Of a stretch of 64,000 bases of DNA, positions 1 to 9,572 are shown piece after piece. The position numbers and the translations under genes were made by a program. The notes under the pieces are model-generated. The model saw only the letters and a list, made by a program, of their open reading frames with translations. It was not told where the DNA came from and ran no database searches. The stretch's first letter is position 1. Each line of letters opens with the position of its first letter. This DNA comes from an uncultured SAR86 cluster bacterium. GTDB lineage: Bacteria > Pseudomonadota > Gammaproteobacteria > Magnimaribacterales > AG-339-G14. The stretch is from the NCBI GenBank assembly GCA_902589965.1, contig CACIUX010000005.1, positions 7,929-71,928 on the forward strand, written 5' to 3'.

Positions 1-245
1 TAGATTGCGGTGATAATAAGTTCAGTGGAGAGTCTTCTGGTGATGCATTTAGTACAGCTGCTTGGGCTACTGCGCAAGGAATCACAGAAGGTACTAATTC
101 GTTAACTGGATATAAAAACGGTGCTACAGAGGCATCAGTGACAGTTAACACTGCGTTATTAGGGTCTTTCTTTGATGTACCAACGGAGATCGGTGCAGTT
201 CCATCTACTGGTTCTGACTGGACTACCGTTTGGTCTGATATTTAA
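1..245 (+). CDS. Partial (5' truncated) probable secreted/surface lipoprotein, ElpS-like, upstream of TBDR and T2SS
   Basis: Not in the ORF track. Frame 3 is open from base 3 to TAA 243-245 and ends ...LLGSFFDVPTEIGAVPSTGSDWTTVWSDI*. The FFD..IGAV..DWT.W tail resembles lipoproteins found upstream of this TBDR type. Confidence 0.7.
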   Translation, partial: DCGDNKFSGESSGDAFSTAAWATAQGITEGTNSLTGYKNGATEASVTVNTALLGSFFDVPTEIGAVPSTGSDWTTVWSDI

Positions 246-261
246 GACTAAAACAATTGAT

Positions 262-301
262 AAATTGAGCTACCACCTTAAAATGGTAGCTCAATTTTTT
301 T
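262..301 (+). terminator. Intrinsic terminator/attenuator hairpin
   Basis: Perfect 14-bp inverted repeat AAATTGAGCTACCA (262-275) / TGGTAGCTCAATTT (284-297), T-run to 301, directly before GGAG SD (302-305). Confidence 0.85.
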
Positions 302-313
302 GGAGCTAAAAAA

Positions 314-2815
314 ATGAAACAACTGTCCCTTATATTTTTATTTGTTTTTTACTCTGCTCTCTCTTTTACACAAGATACTGGCAACTTTGAAGAATTAGTA
401 GTTTCAGGAATTTTTATCCCAGACGAAAAACGAACAACTTCTGAAATTTCAAATGTCATTGATTCGACTCAAATGTCTGAGGCAGGCGATAGCAATATAG
501 CTGACTCTTTGAAAAGAGTAACCGGTCTTAGTTTAGTTGAAGGAAAATACGTTTACGTTAGGGGTTTGGGCGATAGATATTCAACTGCTTTGCTAGATGG
601 TTCTTCGATAGCATCACCGGAACCATTAAGTCGAGTTGTTCCTTTAGATTTATTTCCAACTAATATCTTAGAAAGCGTCTTAGTTCAAAAAACCTTTTCT
701 CCTGAGTACCCTGGAAATTTTGGGGGAGGCGTGGTGAATCTAAGAACGGTTGCAGTGCCCGAACAAGCATTTACTGATTTCTCTTTCTCGTTAGGCGGTG
801 ACAACCTAACCACTGGTAAAAGTTTCTTAACAGCTCCAAATTATGATTTAGATATTTTTGGCATTGGTTCGGAAGATAGAGAGATACCCAGTGCATATTT
901 AAAAGCACAATCGGAAGGTAAAATAATCAGAAGAAATAATAATTTTTTCTCAGGCGGCTTATCTCCAGTAGAACTTCAAGAAATTGGTGTCGCACTTGCA
1001 GCTAACATGCCTACAAGAACAAAATCTTCTTCCTTAGATCCTAATTTTTCTTTGTCTTTGTCGACTGGCGATTCCTTTGATATCGATAGAGGAGATATGG
1101 GTTTAATCTTTGCGTTAAATTATTCAAATGCATGGGAATCTCAAGAAAAAATGCGTAACTCAAACTCTTGGAATTCAGATGCTGAAGATCCTGAGGACGT
1201 CTTAATAATTCTAGATAGAGAAACGTTTACCAATTCAACCAACACAATAAATCTATCTTCTCTTTTGGGTCTGGGATTCAATATAGATGACGATCACACA
1301 ATAAAATTAACAAGCTTTTTAACTCGAAAATCATCAGACACAGTGTCCTTTATATACAGCGATTTAGCTCTTTCTAATTTTCCGATGGAGAAAACTTATG
1401 TTGAGTGGGTTGAAAGACAAGTCTGGACCAATCAAGCTTCCGGAGAACACTTTTGGGGAGATTTGCAATTCATTTGGCGTACATCCTTTGCGGACAGCAC
1501 AAGGGAATCACCTAATAACCTTGATACACAATATGAAGTCTACGAAGATGGAACGAGATATTTTGGCAACAGGAATGATAAATTTAGATTAAAGTTTTTT
1601 GATCTTCAGGACTCTGTTATTGATATAGGGGCAGATATCAAATACTTTATTATCTCTGGCGATGTCAGCATGGATTTTAAAGCTGGAGCTTCCTATTATT
1701 TCAAAGAAAGAGATAATCAAATTTCTAATTTTGAATTTGATCGCTCTCCAACTGCTACGACCGTATTTGATGAGACATTTCTTACTCAGCCTTTAACGGA
1801 GCTTTTTGCAGAACAAAATATCGGTCCAGATACATGGGAAATAAACGAAATTACTGGAGCAGCTGATTACTACGAAGCAGATTCAGAAATACTAGCTTTT
1901 TACGCTGGTATCGATGGTCAATTTACAGATTCTCTAAGATTGTCAATCGGATTTAGGTATGAAGATTCTGATATAAATGTTTCAAACTTTAATAAATACT
2001 CTAAAGTTGAAAATGACAGAAGCGATTTAGCGCTAGATAAAGTTTTGCCTGCGATAACACTTACTCAAACCTTAGATAATAATATGCAAATAAGATTGGG
2101 TGTGAGTGAGACTGTGGTGAGGCCTAATTTTAGAGAATTAGCCCAGTCCGTTTTCTTTAATCCCGCCACTAACAGATCTTTCGTGGGAAATCCTGACTTA
2201 AAAATAACCGAAATTATCAATTTAGATTTTAGATACGAATGGTATTTTGGTGATGGTGGTCAGTATTTTTCTGCAGGATTGTTTGCAAAAGATCTTAAAA
2301 ATCCTATTGAACAAGGAATTCAACCAGGGACTTTTTATAGAGAGTTTTTAAACGTAGATGAAGGTCAAATGACCGGTGCTGAATTTGAAATTTTTTATGA
2401 TTTTTTCCCATTCTTCATAAGAAGCAATCTAACCTTTATGAATTCAGAGGTTGATACAACTTCTCAGTTTGTTCAAGAAGAAAGAAGCCTGCAAGGCCAG
2501 TCAGACTTTTTGGGTAACTTTACTTTTGGCTACGAAACGGATGCACACAAAGTTATTCTTGCATATAACTACACAGGAGAACGTATATCTGAATTAGCTC
2601 CAATTAAGGGTGCACCTGCCTATTATGAGCAAGGTACAGGAATTTTAGATTTTAATTACACTGCTTATATTTATAACGGAAACAATGATCTCGAAATAGG
2701 TTTTAAGCTTGGTAATTTAACCGGTGAAAAATATGAAGTTTTTCAATTGGATGAAATGGTAGAGCAATACGAATACCCAACATCATATTCATTCAGTATT
2801 AAGGTTAATTTCTAA
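314..2815 (+). CDS. TonB-dependent receptor
   Basis: Signal peptide, TonB box EELVVSG, plug motifs (VYVRGLGDRY, LDLFP, GNFGGGVVNL), GNPDLK motif, C-terminal F. Confidence 0.95.
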   Translation: MKQLSLIFLFVFYSALSFTQDTGNFEELVVSGIFIPDEKRTTSEISNVIDSTQMSEAGDSNIADSLKRVTGLSLVEGKYVYVRGLGDRYSTALLDGSSIASPEPLSRVVPLDLFPTNILESVLVQKTFSPEYPGNFGGGVVNLRTVAVPEQAFTDFSFSLGGDNLTTGKSFLTAPNYDLDIFGIGSEDREIPSAYLKAQSEGKIIRRNNNFFSGGLSPVELQEIGVALAANMPTRTKSSSLDPNFSLSLSTGDSFDIDRGDMGLIFALNYSNAWESQEKMRNSNSWNSDAEDPEDVLIILDRETFTNSTNTINLSSLLGLGFNIDDDHTIKLTSFLTRKSSDTVSFIYSDLALSNFPMEKTYVEWVERQVWTNQASGEHFWGDLQFIWRTSFADSTRESPNNLDTQYEVYEDGTRYFGNRNDKFRLKFFDLQDSVIDIGADIKYFIISGDVSMDFKAGASYYFKERDNQISNFEFDRSPTATTVFDETFLTQPLTELFAEQNIGPDTWEINEITGAADYYEADSEILAFYAGIDGQFTDSLRLSIGFRYEDSDINVSNFNKYSKVENDRSDLALDKVLPAITLTQTLDNNMQIRLGVSETVVRPNFRELAQSVFFNPATNRSFVGNPDLKITEIINLDFRYEWYFGDGGQYFSAGLFAKDLKNPIEQGIQPGTFYREFLNVDEGQMTGAEFEIFYDFFPFFIRSNLTFMNSEVDTTSQFVQEERSLQGQSDFLGNFTFGYETDAHKVILAYNYTGERISELAPIKGAPAYYEQGTGILDFNYTAYIYNGNNDLEIGFKLGNLTGEKYEVFQLDEMVEQYEYPTSYSFSIKVNF

Positions 2816-2846
2816 AAATTACTATGTTTTTAAGTAAACATATATA

Positions 2847-3674
2847 ATGAAATTTATGATTTTTGGCATTAAGCTCGATTTTCAGAGCTATTTCAATTAC
2901 GCAACGGAATTTGCACTTAAATTCCGTATAGTTTTTGCTTCTGTTTTTGCCATTTTTATTTCCGTGCAACTTTATTCTTCTGTAAACAGCATATTGTTTC
3001 CAGATATAGATTTTAAAGCTTCTACTGTTGTAAATACTTCTCAACAGTACGTCGCGCTTAATTCGGACCCTTTTTCTTCAGCTAAGGCCAGCGCTATCAA
3101 TCAATCCATAGCTAATTCTTCTGAAAATAATAAAAAAGGTCCTGAAACTGATCTGAATATTAAATTGTATGGAATTGTAAAATCTAAAGAAGAAAATGTT
3201 GCCATTATTGGTCTTCCAAATGAAAAACAGAGAAGCTATAAAATTGGAGACAAAATTTCAGGTAATCTCGTAGTGGAATCTATAGATGACACGTTTGTTA
3301 ATCTCAGAAGAAACGGGAAACTTGAAAGCTTATCTTTTGCCGAAGTCATAAAAAATAAAGGTTTTAAACAATCCATAGATCCAACCAAAGTGGCATCAAA
3401 AGATTGGTTAGAAAATCTTGAAATCAAAGAGCTTATTTCATTCAATCCCGTCATTAGAGATGGGGAAGTTTTAGGAATAAGAGTTAATCCGGTGAAATCT
3501 TCACCATTTTTTCAAGATGATAATTTAGAACCCGGAGACATCCTTACATCCTTCAACGGTCAAAAGGTAACGACTGTTGATCTAGAACGAGAACTAAACC
3601 AAAAAGTTAGAAATATAGAGGTTGGTGTTATCAGAGACGGTAGCCCAATCACCCTTACAATTAACCTAAATTAA
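2847..3674 (+). CDS. gspC: Type II secretion protein C (TM + HR + PDZ)
   Basis: PETDLNIKLYG HR motif, C-terminal PDZ-like LEPGDILTSFNG, position before the secretin. Confidence 0.85.
   Translation: MKFMIFGIKLDFQSYFNYATEFALKFRIVFASVFAIFISVQLYSSVNSILFPDIDFKASTVVNTSQQYVALNSDPFSSAKASAINQSIANSSENNKKGPETDLNIKLYGIVKSKEENVAIIGLPNEKQRSYKIGDKISGNLVVESIDDTFVNLRRNGKLESLSFAEVIKNKGFKQSIDPTKVASKDWLENLEIKELISFNPVIRDGEVLGIRVNPVKSSPFFQDDNLEPGDILTSFNGQKVTTVDLERELNQKVRNIEVGVIRDGSPITLTINLN
3611..3632 (+). repeat. 22-bp direct repeat, copy 1 (inside the gspC 3' end)
   Basis: AAATATAGAGGTTGGTGTTATC, identical to 40423-40444. Confidence 0.95.
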
Positions 3675-3677
3675 AAT

Positions 3678-5582
3678 ATGATTTTTACGAGAGGGATATT
3701 ACTCCTTGCGCTCGCCTGTGCGTCTTTGTCATTGGCGTCTGCAAAAATAAATTTACGTGATGCCGACATCAAGGTTTTTATATCAGATATGGCCGGCGTG
3801 ACCAATAAAACCTTTGTAGTTGATCCCAGGGTAAAAGGCTCGGTAACGGTCGCATCTGAGATTGATTTAAGCATTGATGAGGCTTACGAAGTATTTAAAT
3901 CTGTCATGGCTGCCCACGCTTATTCTGTGGTTGATTATGGGAATCTTGCCAAAATAGTTCCTGAAGTCGTTGGTAGAACCGAATTTCAAGCTAACTACTC
4001 TGAAAATAGCTTGTCCGATGGATTGGCCATCAATGTTTTTAGACCAAAAAATATTTCTGCAAAGCCTTTAGTAGCTTTATTGAAACCCATCACCAATAGG
4101 TCAGGTCACCTTGAAGCTTTTGTTGATGCAAACGCAGTTTTAATTGCAGATAAGGCATCGAACATTACAAAAATCATGAACATTGCAAATGAGTTAGATC
4201 GACTTGATCAAGATCTCGTTGAATTAATTTCTCTTAAAAATTCTTCTTCTAAAGAAATGGCTAAGATTCTGAATGATCTGCATTTGAAGAGTGCGTCTAA
4301 CCGAACAACTGCACAATTTAATGCTTTTGGAATTGATCGTATTAATGCCGTCTTGTTGGTTGGAAATCAAGAAGTTACGACAAAAATGAAATCCATAGCA
4401 TTTGATTTAGATAACGAAGTTAGTGAGTCAAAAAGTTTAAAAGTTAGATATTTAAAATACGCATCCGCAGAGGAGATAAAGGATATTCTGACCAACGTTG
4501 CAGAAAATATAGATAAGAGTCCTCAAGGAAATTCTGGTGGGAAAATTAAGACATCGATATCAGCTCATAAAGAGACAAACTCTTTAATCATTAATGCAGA
4601 TCCAGATATCCTAGGGCAATTAGAAGATGTCATAGATAAAATTGATATCAGAAGAGCTCAGGTCTTAGTCGAAGCAATTATTGTGGAAATCTCAGAACAA
4701 CTTACAAAAGATCTTGGTGTGCAGATTCTTTTTCAAGGCGATGGTGTGGAACAACCAGCATTTGGCACAAGATTTGGAAGCCCAAATCCTGATTTAAGTG
4801 CTTTTGCTGCTTCTAGCTCAAGTCTCTTGGCAGAAGAGGGATTAGCAGGAACAGTTAAGTCAGTTGCAGCATCCTCATTACTTGGAATTGAGGGTATAGC
4901 GGTTGGGATTGGAAAAATTGTTGCGGGTCAAAGTAGCTTTGCATCTATTTTAAATGCTATTGCAAAAGACTCTGATTCAAATGTCCTATCTACACCTTCT
5001 ATCTTAACCATGGATAATGAAACCTCTTCTATTTTAGTTGGACAAGAAATTCCTATCACCACTGGAGAATCACTAGGGGCAAACAATGCGAATCCTTTCA
5101 GAACTATCAATCGTCAAGAAATAGGAATTAAACTTTTGGTAACTCCGCAAATCAATGACGGCGATTCAATTAGGCTTGATATCGAACAAGAAGTTTCCAG
5201 TTTATTTGGGCCAATTACAGAAAGTGCTTCAGAGATAATTACAAATAAAAGAGAGATTCAAACTAAAGTCATGGTTGAGGATAGACAGACCGTTGTGCTT
5301 GGAGGTTTGATTGATGAAGATATTCAAGAGGTTGAAAGAAAAGTTCCAGGACTAGGTGATATTCCAGTATTTGGTAATCTCTTCAAATCAACGTCAAAAT
5401 CTAAGGTGAAAAGAAACCTTGTCGTGTTCCTTAAACCAACAATAATTAAAAATGCTGCTGATATGCAAACCATCAGCACTGAAAAGTATAACTATTTGAA
5501 AGCAGAGCAAATGTTGTTAGAGAAAAGAGGTAAACCAGTGGTTGATTTAAGCCTCATCGAAACCTTTTTAGACGAACAATAG
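3678..5582 (+). CDS. gspD: Type II secretion secretin
   Basis: FVVDPRVKG N0 motif, IDIRRAQVLVEAIIVE, KVPGLGDIPVFGNLF secretin motifs. Confidence 0.97.
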   Translation: MIFTRGILLLALACASLSLASAKINLRDADIKVFISDMAGVTNKTFVVDPRVKGSVTVASEIDLSIDEAYEVFKSVMAAHAYSVVDYGNLAKIVPEVVGRTEFQANYSENSLSDGLAINVFRPKNISAKPLVALLKPITNRSGHLEAFVDANAVLIADKASNITKIMNIANELDRLDQDLVELISLKNSSSKEMAKILNDLHLKSASNRTTAQFNAFGIDRINAVLLVGNQEVTTKMKSIAFDLDNEVSESKSLKVRYLKYASAEEIKDILTNVAENIDKSPQGNSGGKIKTSISAHKETNSLIINADPDILGQLEDVIDKIDIRRAQVLVEAIIVEISEQLTKDLGVQILFQGDGVEQPAFGTRFGSPNPDLSAFAASSSSLLAEEGLAGTVKSVAASSLLGIEGIAVGIGKIVAGQSSFASILNAIAKDSDSNVLSTPSILTMDNETSSILVGQEIPITTGESLGANNANPFRTINRQEIGIKLLVTPQINDGDSIRLDIEQEVSSLFGPITESASEIITNKREIQTKVMVEDRQTVVLGGLIDEDIQEVERKVPGLGDIPVFGNLFKSTSKSKVKRNLVVFLKPTIIKNAADMQTISTEKYNYLKAEQMLLEKRGKPVVDLSLIETFLDEQ

Positions 5583-5585
5583 ATT

Positions 5586-6968
5586 ATGGAGAATAAAAAT
5601 ATACAAGATTTTCAATTGAGCTATAAATTTGCTCGAGAAAATGGAATTTTTATTTCGGGTATAAATGAAAACAACTTGGAAGTGTTAGCTTCTGAAGATG
5701 TTAAATTAAACAAATTATCTCAATTAGAAGCAAAATTTAAGATGCCGCTTGTAATTAAATCGTTATCTGGAGCTGATTTTTTTAAACACATTTCATCTTT
5801 TTATTCAGAAAATACCGATAAATCAGAAGATATTGTGGATGGCCTTGGAGATCAAATTAATTTGGAACAATTGGCTTCCGATTTACCAAAAACAGAAGAT
5901 CTTCTCGATGACTCAACCGAAGCTCCCGTAATCAGACTAATTAATGCTGTTTTATCGGAAGCAATCAAATCGAATGCATCTGATATACACATAGAGCCTT
6001 ACGAAAAAAATCTTTCCATAAGGTTTAGAGTAGACGGTATATTAAAAGAAATACTTTCTCCAAGTAGCAGAATAGCCTCTCTTTTAAATGCCAGAATAAA
6101 AGTCATGGCTAACCTTGATATTGCTGAAAAACGAGTTCCTCAAGACGGCAGAATCTCATTAAAGCTTGGGGAAAAATGGGTAGATTTAAGAGTATCAACT
6201 TTACCTTCTAATTACGGTGAAAGAATTGTTCTCAGACTTCTCGATAAGTCTGAAGCAAAATTTAATTTAGACGATCTAGGAATGCCTGCAGGGCAAAAAG
6301 AAGTATTCACTAAGTCCCTTTCTCAAAATAATGGAATTATATTAGTAACAGGGCCAACTGGTTCCGGTAAAACTACAACTTTATATGCTGGATTAAACCT
6401 ATTGAATGATCAGAGTAGAAACATTTTAACGGTTGAGGATCCTATTGAATATGCCGTAGACGGTATTGGGCAAACACAAGTTAATAATAAAGTTGGAATG
6501 ACTTTTGCTGCTGGACTGCGAGCAATTCTAAGACAGGATCCAGACGTGGTAATGGTTGGTGAAATAAGGGACAAAGAAACAGCTGAGATTGCAATTCAGG
6601 CTTCTCTAACTGGTCACTTGGTTTTATCAACGATTCACACCAATGATACCTTGGGTGCTATTACTAGATTGATAGACATGGGCGTTGAACCTTATTTATT
6701 AGCTTCATCGTTAAGAACAATTATTTCACAACGACTGGTAAGAAAACTTTCATCAGATGGAGAAACTTATTCTGGGAGGCAAGGTATTTTTGAAATTTTA
6801 GATATCGATCAAAACGTTAAAGAACTTATTAACGATGATTTTTCTGAAAAGAAAGTCAGGGATATTATCGATCCACAGCATGATTTTCTTGAAGAATCAG
6901 GTCAAAAACTTATTCAAGAGGGTGTCACAACCCTTGAAGAAGTCAGAAGAGTCCTTATGGAGGCCTGA
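5586..6968 (+). CDS. gspE: Type II secretion ATPase lacking the tetracysteine Zn domain
   Basis: ASDIHIEP, Walker A GPTGSGKT, LRQDPDVVMVGEIRD, His box TGHLVLSTIH. Confidence 0.97.
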   Translation: MENKNIQDFQLSYKFARENGIFISGINENNLEVLASEDVKLNKLSQLEAKFKMPLVIKSLSGADFFKHISSFYSENTDKSEDIVDGLGDQINLEQLASDLPKTEDLLDDSTEAPVIRLINAVLSEAIKSNASDIHIEPYEKNLSIRFRVDGILKEILSPSSRIASLLNARIKVMANLDIAEKRVPQDGRISLKLGEKWVDLRVSTLPSNYGERIVLRLLDKSEAKFNLDDLGMPAGQKEVFTKSLSQNNGIILVTGPTGSGKTTTLYAGLNLLNDQSRNILTVEDPIEYAVDGIGQTQVNNKVGMTFAAGLRAILRQDPDVVMVGEIRDKETAEIAIQASLTGHLVLSTIHTNDTLGAITRLIDMGVEPYLLASSLRTIISQRLVRKLSSDGETYSGRQGIFEILDIDQNVKELINDDFSEKKVRDIIDPQHDFLEESGQKLIQEGVTTLEEVRRVLMEA

Positions 6969-8176
6969 TGCCTGCTTTTAATTACGAAGCTTTATCGTCA
7001 GATGGAAAAAAAATTAAAGGCAGCTTAATTGCAGATGATGTCAATTTAGCCTCTCAAGAATTAAAAAGTAGGAGTTTAATTCCTATAGATGTAAAAGAAA
7101 GAAAAGCTTCAGGATCTTTTTTAAGTTTTTTGTCTCATAAAATTAAATCAAGTGATTTAGCATTAATTACTCGTCAAATGTCCACTCTTATAAATGCAGG
7201 CATACCTGTTGATAGATCACTAGATTCGGTAGCTGAACAGCTTTCAGATAAATCTAGTGCCAACAAACTCAAGGAAATATCCATGCGGGTTAAAGAGGGG
7301 TATAAGTTTTCTGAAGCTTTAAAGGAATTCCCTGAATCTTTCGATAGTTTATATGTATCACTAATCGAAGCAGGGGAATCTTCTGGAGAATTGGGAAATG
7401 TTATGGAGGAGACAGCTGATTATCTAGAAAAAAGAGCAACCCTTAATCAAGAGATCCTTGGAGCAACAATATATCCAATGGTTTTATTTGCAACTTCCCT
7501 AGTGATAATAAGCTTACTGCTAATCTTTGTTGTTCCAAATGTCGTCTCTCAATTTGCTAACTCTAATCAGCAATTACCATTCTTAACAATGGCAATGTTA
7601 GGAATTTCAAATTTTTTTACAAGCCTCTGGTTTGGATTGCTTATTGTTTTTTTAGCTTTAATTGCTTTTATTGGAATCAGATTCATTGGCATTAATAAAT
7701 TTTTTCTTTATGTTGATAAAGTCCTATTAAAACTTCCGATAATTAATAAATTTATCATCGATTCAAACTTATCAAGATTCACTAATTCTCTATCCATTCT
7801 CAGATCAAGTAATGTCCCCATAATTAGGTCGCTAGATATTTCTGCAAATACTGTTAGCAACAGAATTTTAAAAAAAGATATTAATTTTGCATCCGTGGAA
7901 GTTTCTGAAGGAAATTCTCTTGCAAGATCGTTAAGTAAATCAAAATACATACCTTCATTGATTATTGAAATGATATCAAGCGGTGAAGCAAGTGGAGAGT
8001 TAGAAAATATGTTAATTAAGGTTTCAAAATACCTTCAGGATAGATTTAATCATTCTACTAAGATAACTTTAAATCTTTTGGAACCTGCGGTTATTATTTT
8101 TATGGGAGGATTTGTTTCTTTGATTGTTTTGGCAATTTTATTACCGTTGATTCAGTTAAATACATTCAGCCTATAA
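6968..8176 (+). CDS. gspF: Type II secretion inner membrane protein F
   Basis: MPAFNYEAL N-terminus, two AGE.SG.L repeats, LLEP motif. Confidence 0.97.
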   Translation: MPAFNYEALSSDGKKIKGSLIADDVNLASQELKSRSLIPIDVKERKASGSFLSFLSHKIKSSDLALITRQMSTLINAGIPVDRSLDSVAEQLSDKSSANKLKEISMRVKEGYKFSEALKEFPESFDSLYVSLIEAGESSGELGNVMEETADYLEKRATLNQEILGATIYPMVLFATSLVIISLLLIFVVPNVVSQFANSNQQLPFLTMAMLGISNFFTSLWFGLLIVFLALIAFIGIRFIGINKFFLYVDKVLLKLPIINKFIIDSNLSRFTNSLSILRSSNVPIIRSLDISANTVSNRILKKDINFASVEVSEGNSLARSLSKSKYIPSLIIEMISSGEASGELENMLIKVSKYLQDRFNHSTKITLNLLEPAVIIFMGGFVSLIVLAILLPLIQLNTFSL

Positions 8177-8189
8177 CGAGGAGTAAAAT

Positions 8190-8621
8190 ATGATGATGAA
8201 AAAAATAAAATTAAAAGGCTTTACACTTATTGAAATCTTAGTTGTTTTAATGATTTTAGGCTTATTGACTGCCGTGATTGCAATCAATGTTTTACCGAGT
8301 CAGGAAAGAGCTAGAGAAGATAAAGCTAAAGCCGACATTAGACTTTTAGAACAAGCACTTGAGCTCTATCGTCTTGATATGATCTCTTACCCAAATTCCA
8401 GAGAGGGTCTTCAAGCTCTTGTGACAGTTCCTGAAAATCACAGATTTAAAGAAAGATATAGATCAGGAGGATATGTAAGAAGATTAGAAAAAGATCCCTG
8501 GGGTAATGATTACAAATACAGAAGACCCGGAAGATTTGGAACTTTTGATTTATATTCTCTAGGAGCAGATGGTGAGGAAGGTGGAGAAGGATCGGATAAA
8601 GATATTGGAAACTGGGAATAA
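8190..8621 (+). CDS. gspG: Major pseudopilin
   Basis: G|FTLIE prepilin site, YP...EGLQAL, DPWGNDY, SLGADG..GGEG...DIGNW; GAGGAG SD upstream. Confidence 0.97.
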   Translation: MMMKKIKLKGFTLIEILVVLMILGLLTAVIAINVLPSQERAREDKAKADIRLLEQALELYRLDMISYPNSREGLQALVTVPENHRFKERYRSGGYVRRLEKDPWGNDYKYRRPGRFGTFDLYSLGADGEEGGEGSDKDIGNWE

Positions 8622-8985
8622 AACATTATCTGGTTTCACAATAATAGAAATCTTAGTTGCTTTCTTTATTCTTGCTATTGCTGCACTGGCTTTCTCTTCT
8701 TTAATCACTGATTCTTCAAGATCCATTAACTTAATCGAAGAAAGATTCTTGGCAAATAATATTGCAGAAAACTTAGCTTTGAAAAACTTAGTCAAGGATG
8801 ATTACCTTACTTCTTCGCAATATGACGAAGGAGAGGAAACATTTCTAGGCATGCCGTTCATTTGGGAAAGAGAGTTAGCAACTTCAGTTGAGAGAAATAG
8901 AATTGAAATTGAAATAAAAGTTTTTTCAGAAAATGGTGATTTATTAGGAAAATCAAAGGTTTTTAAAGAGGTTTTCGTCCAATGA
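8605..8985 (+). CDS. gspI: Minor pseudopilin I (likely TTG start at 8605; ORF track starts at 8569)
   Basis: G|FTIIEILVAFFILAIAA, EERFLANNIAEN and FIWER are GspI-like; length about 125 aa; precedes gspJ. Confidence 0.85.
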   Translation: METGNKTLSGFTIIEILVAFFILAIAALAFSSLITDSSRSINLIEERFLANNIAENLALKNLVKDDYLTSSQYDEGEETFLGMPFIWERELATSVERNRIEIEIKVFSENGDLLGKSKVFKEVFVQ

Positions 8986-9572
8986 AAGGCTTATCTTTAA
9001 TAGAAATGCTCATTGCAATATCTTTATTTGCTCTTTTGGCATTATTAGGTTCATCTTTATTAAATATATCTGTTTCTTCGAATCTTTCTATTCAAGAAAA
9101 AAATGATAGGTTAGATAAATTGGTTCTTTTGAATAAATATTTAAGACAAGATTTTATGCAATCCGTAAATACAATCCCAAGAGATCAAATGGGCGCTTAT
9201 GAATTATCAACTATGGAGTTAAATTCCTCAGATTCTGACGAAATTTTGCTAAGGTTAATAAAACTCTCGGATACAGATGGATTGGAAGATACCGGCGCTC
9301 TTAGAAAGATAATTTATAAATTAGATAACGGAGAACTGATCAGAGAATCCTACAGGTACATAGATAATGAGAATCCCTTTCAAAGTGAAATCCTTCTTGA
9401 TGATGTGGATTATGTAGATCTTGAAATATTTTTTGAAAATGTCTCTTATGAAGCATGGCCTATATCAGAAGAAATATTTTTTGATAGCAGCCTTCCGGAG
9501 GCAGTTGAAGTCAAAATTGGATTTTATGACCTTTCAATATTCAATAAGATTTTATTGGTGAATTATGGATAA
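8982..9572 (+). CDS. gspJ: Minor pseudopilin J
   Basis: G|LSLIEMLIAI, LRQDFMQ, C-terminal LPEAVEV motif. Confidence 0.88.
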   Translation: MKGLSLIEMLIAISLFALLALLGSSLLNISVSSNLSIQEKNDRLDKLVLLNKYLRQDFMQSVNTIPRDQMGAYELSTMELNSSDSDEILLRLIKLSDTDGLEDTGALRKIIYKLDNGELIRESYRYIDNENPFQSEILLDDVDYVDLEIFFENVSYEAWPISEEIFFDSSLPEAVEVKIGFYDLSIFNKILLVNYG

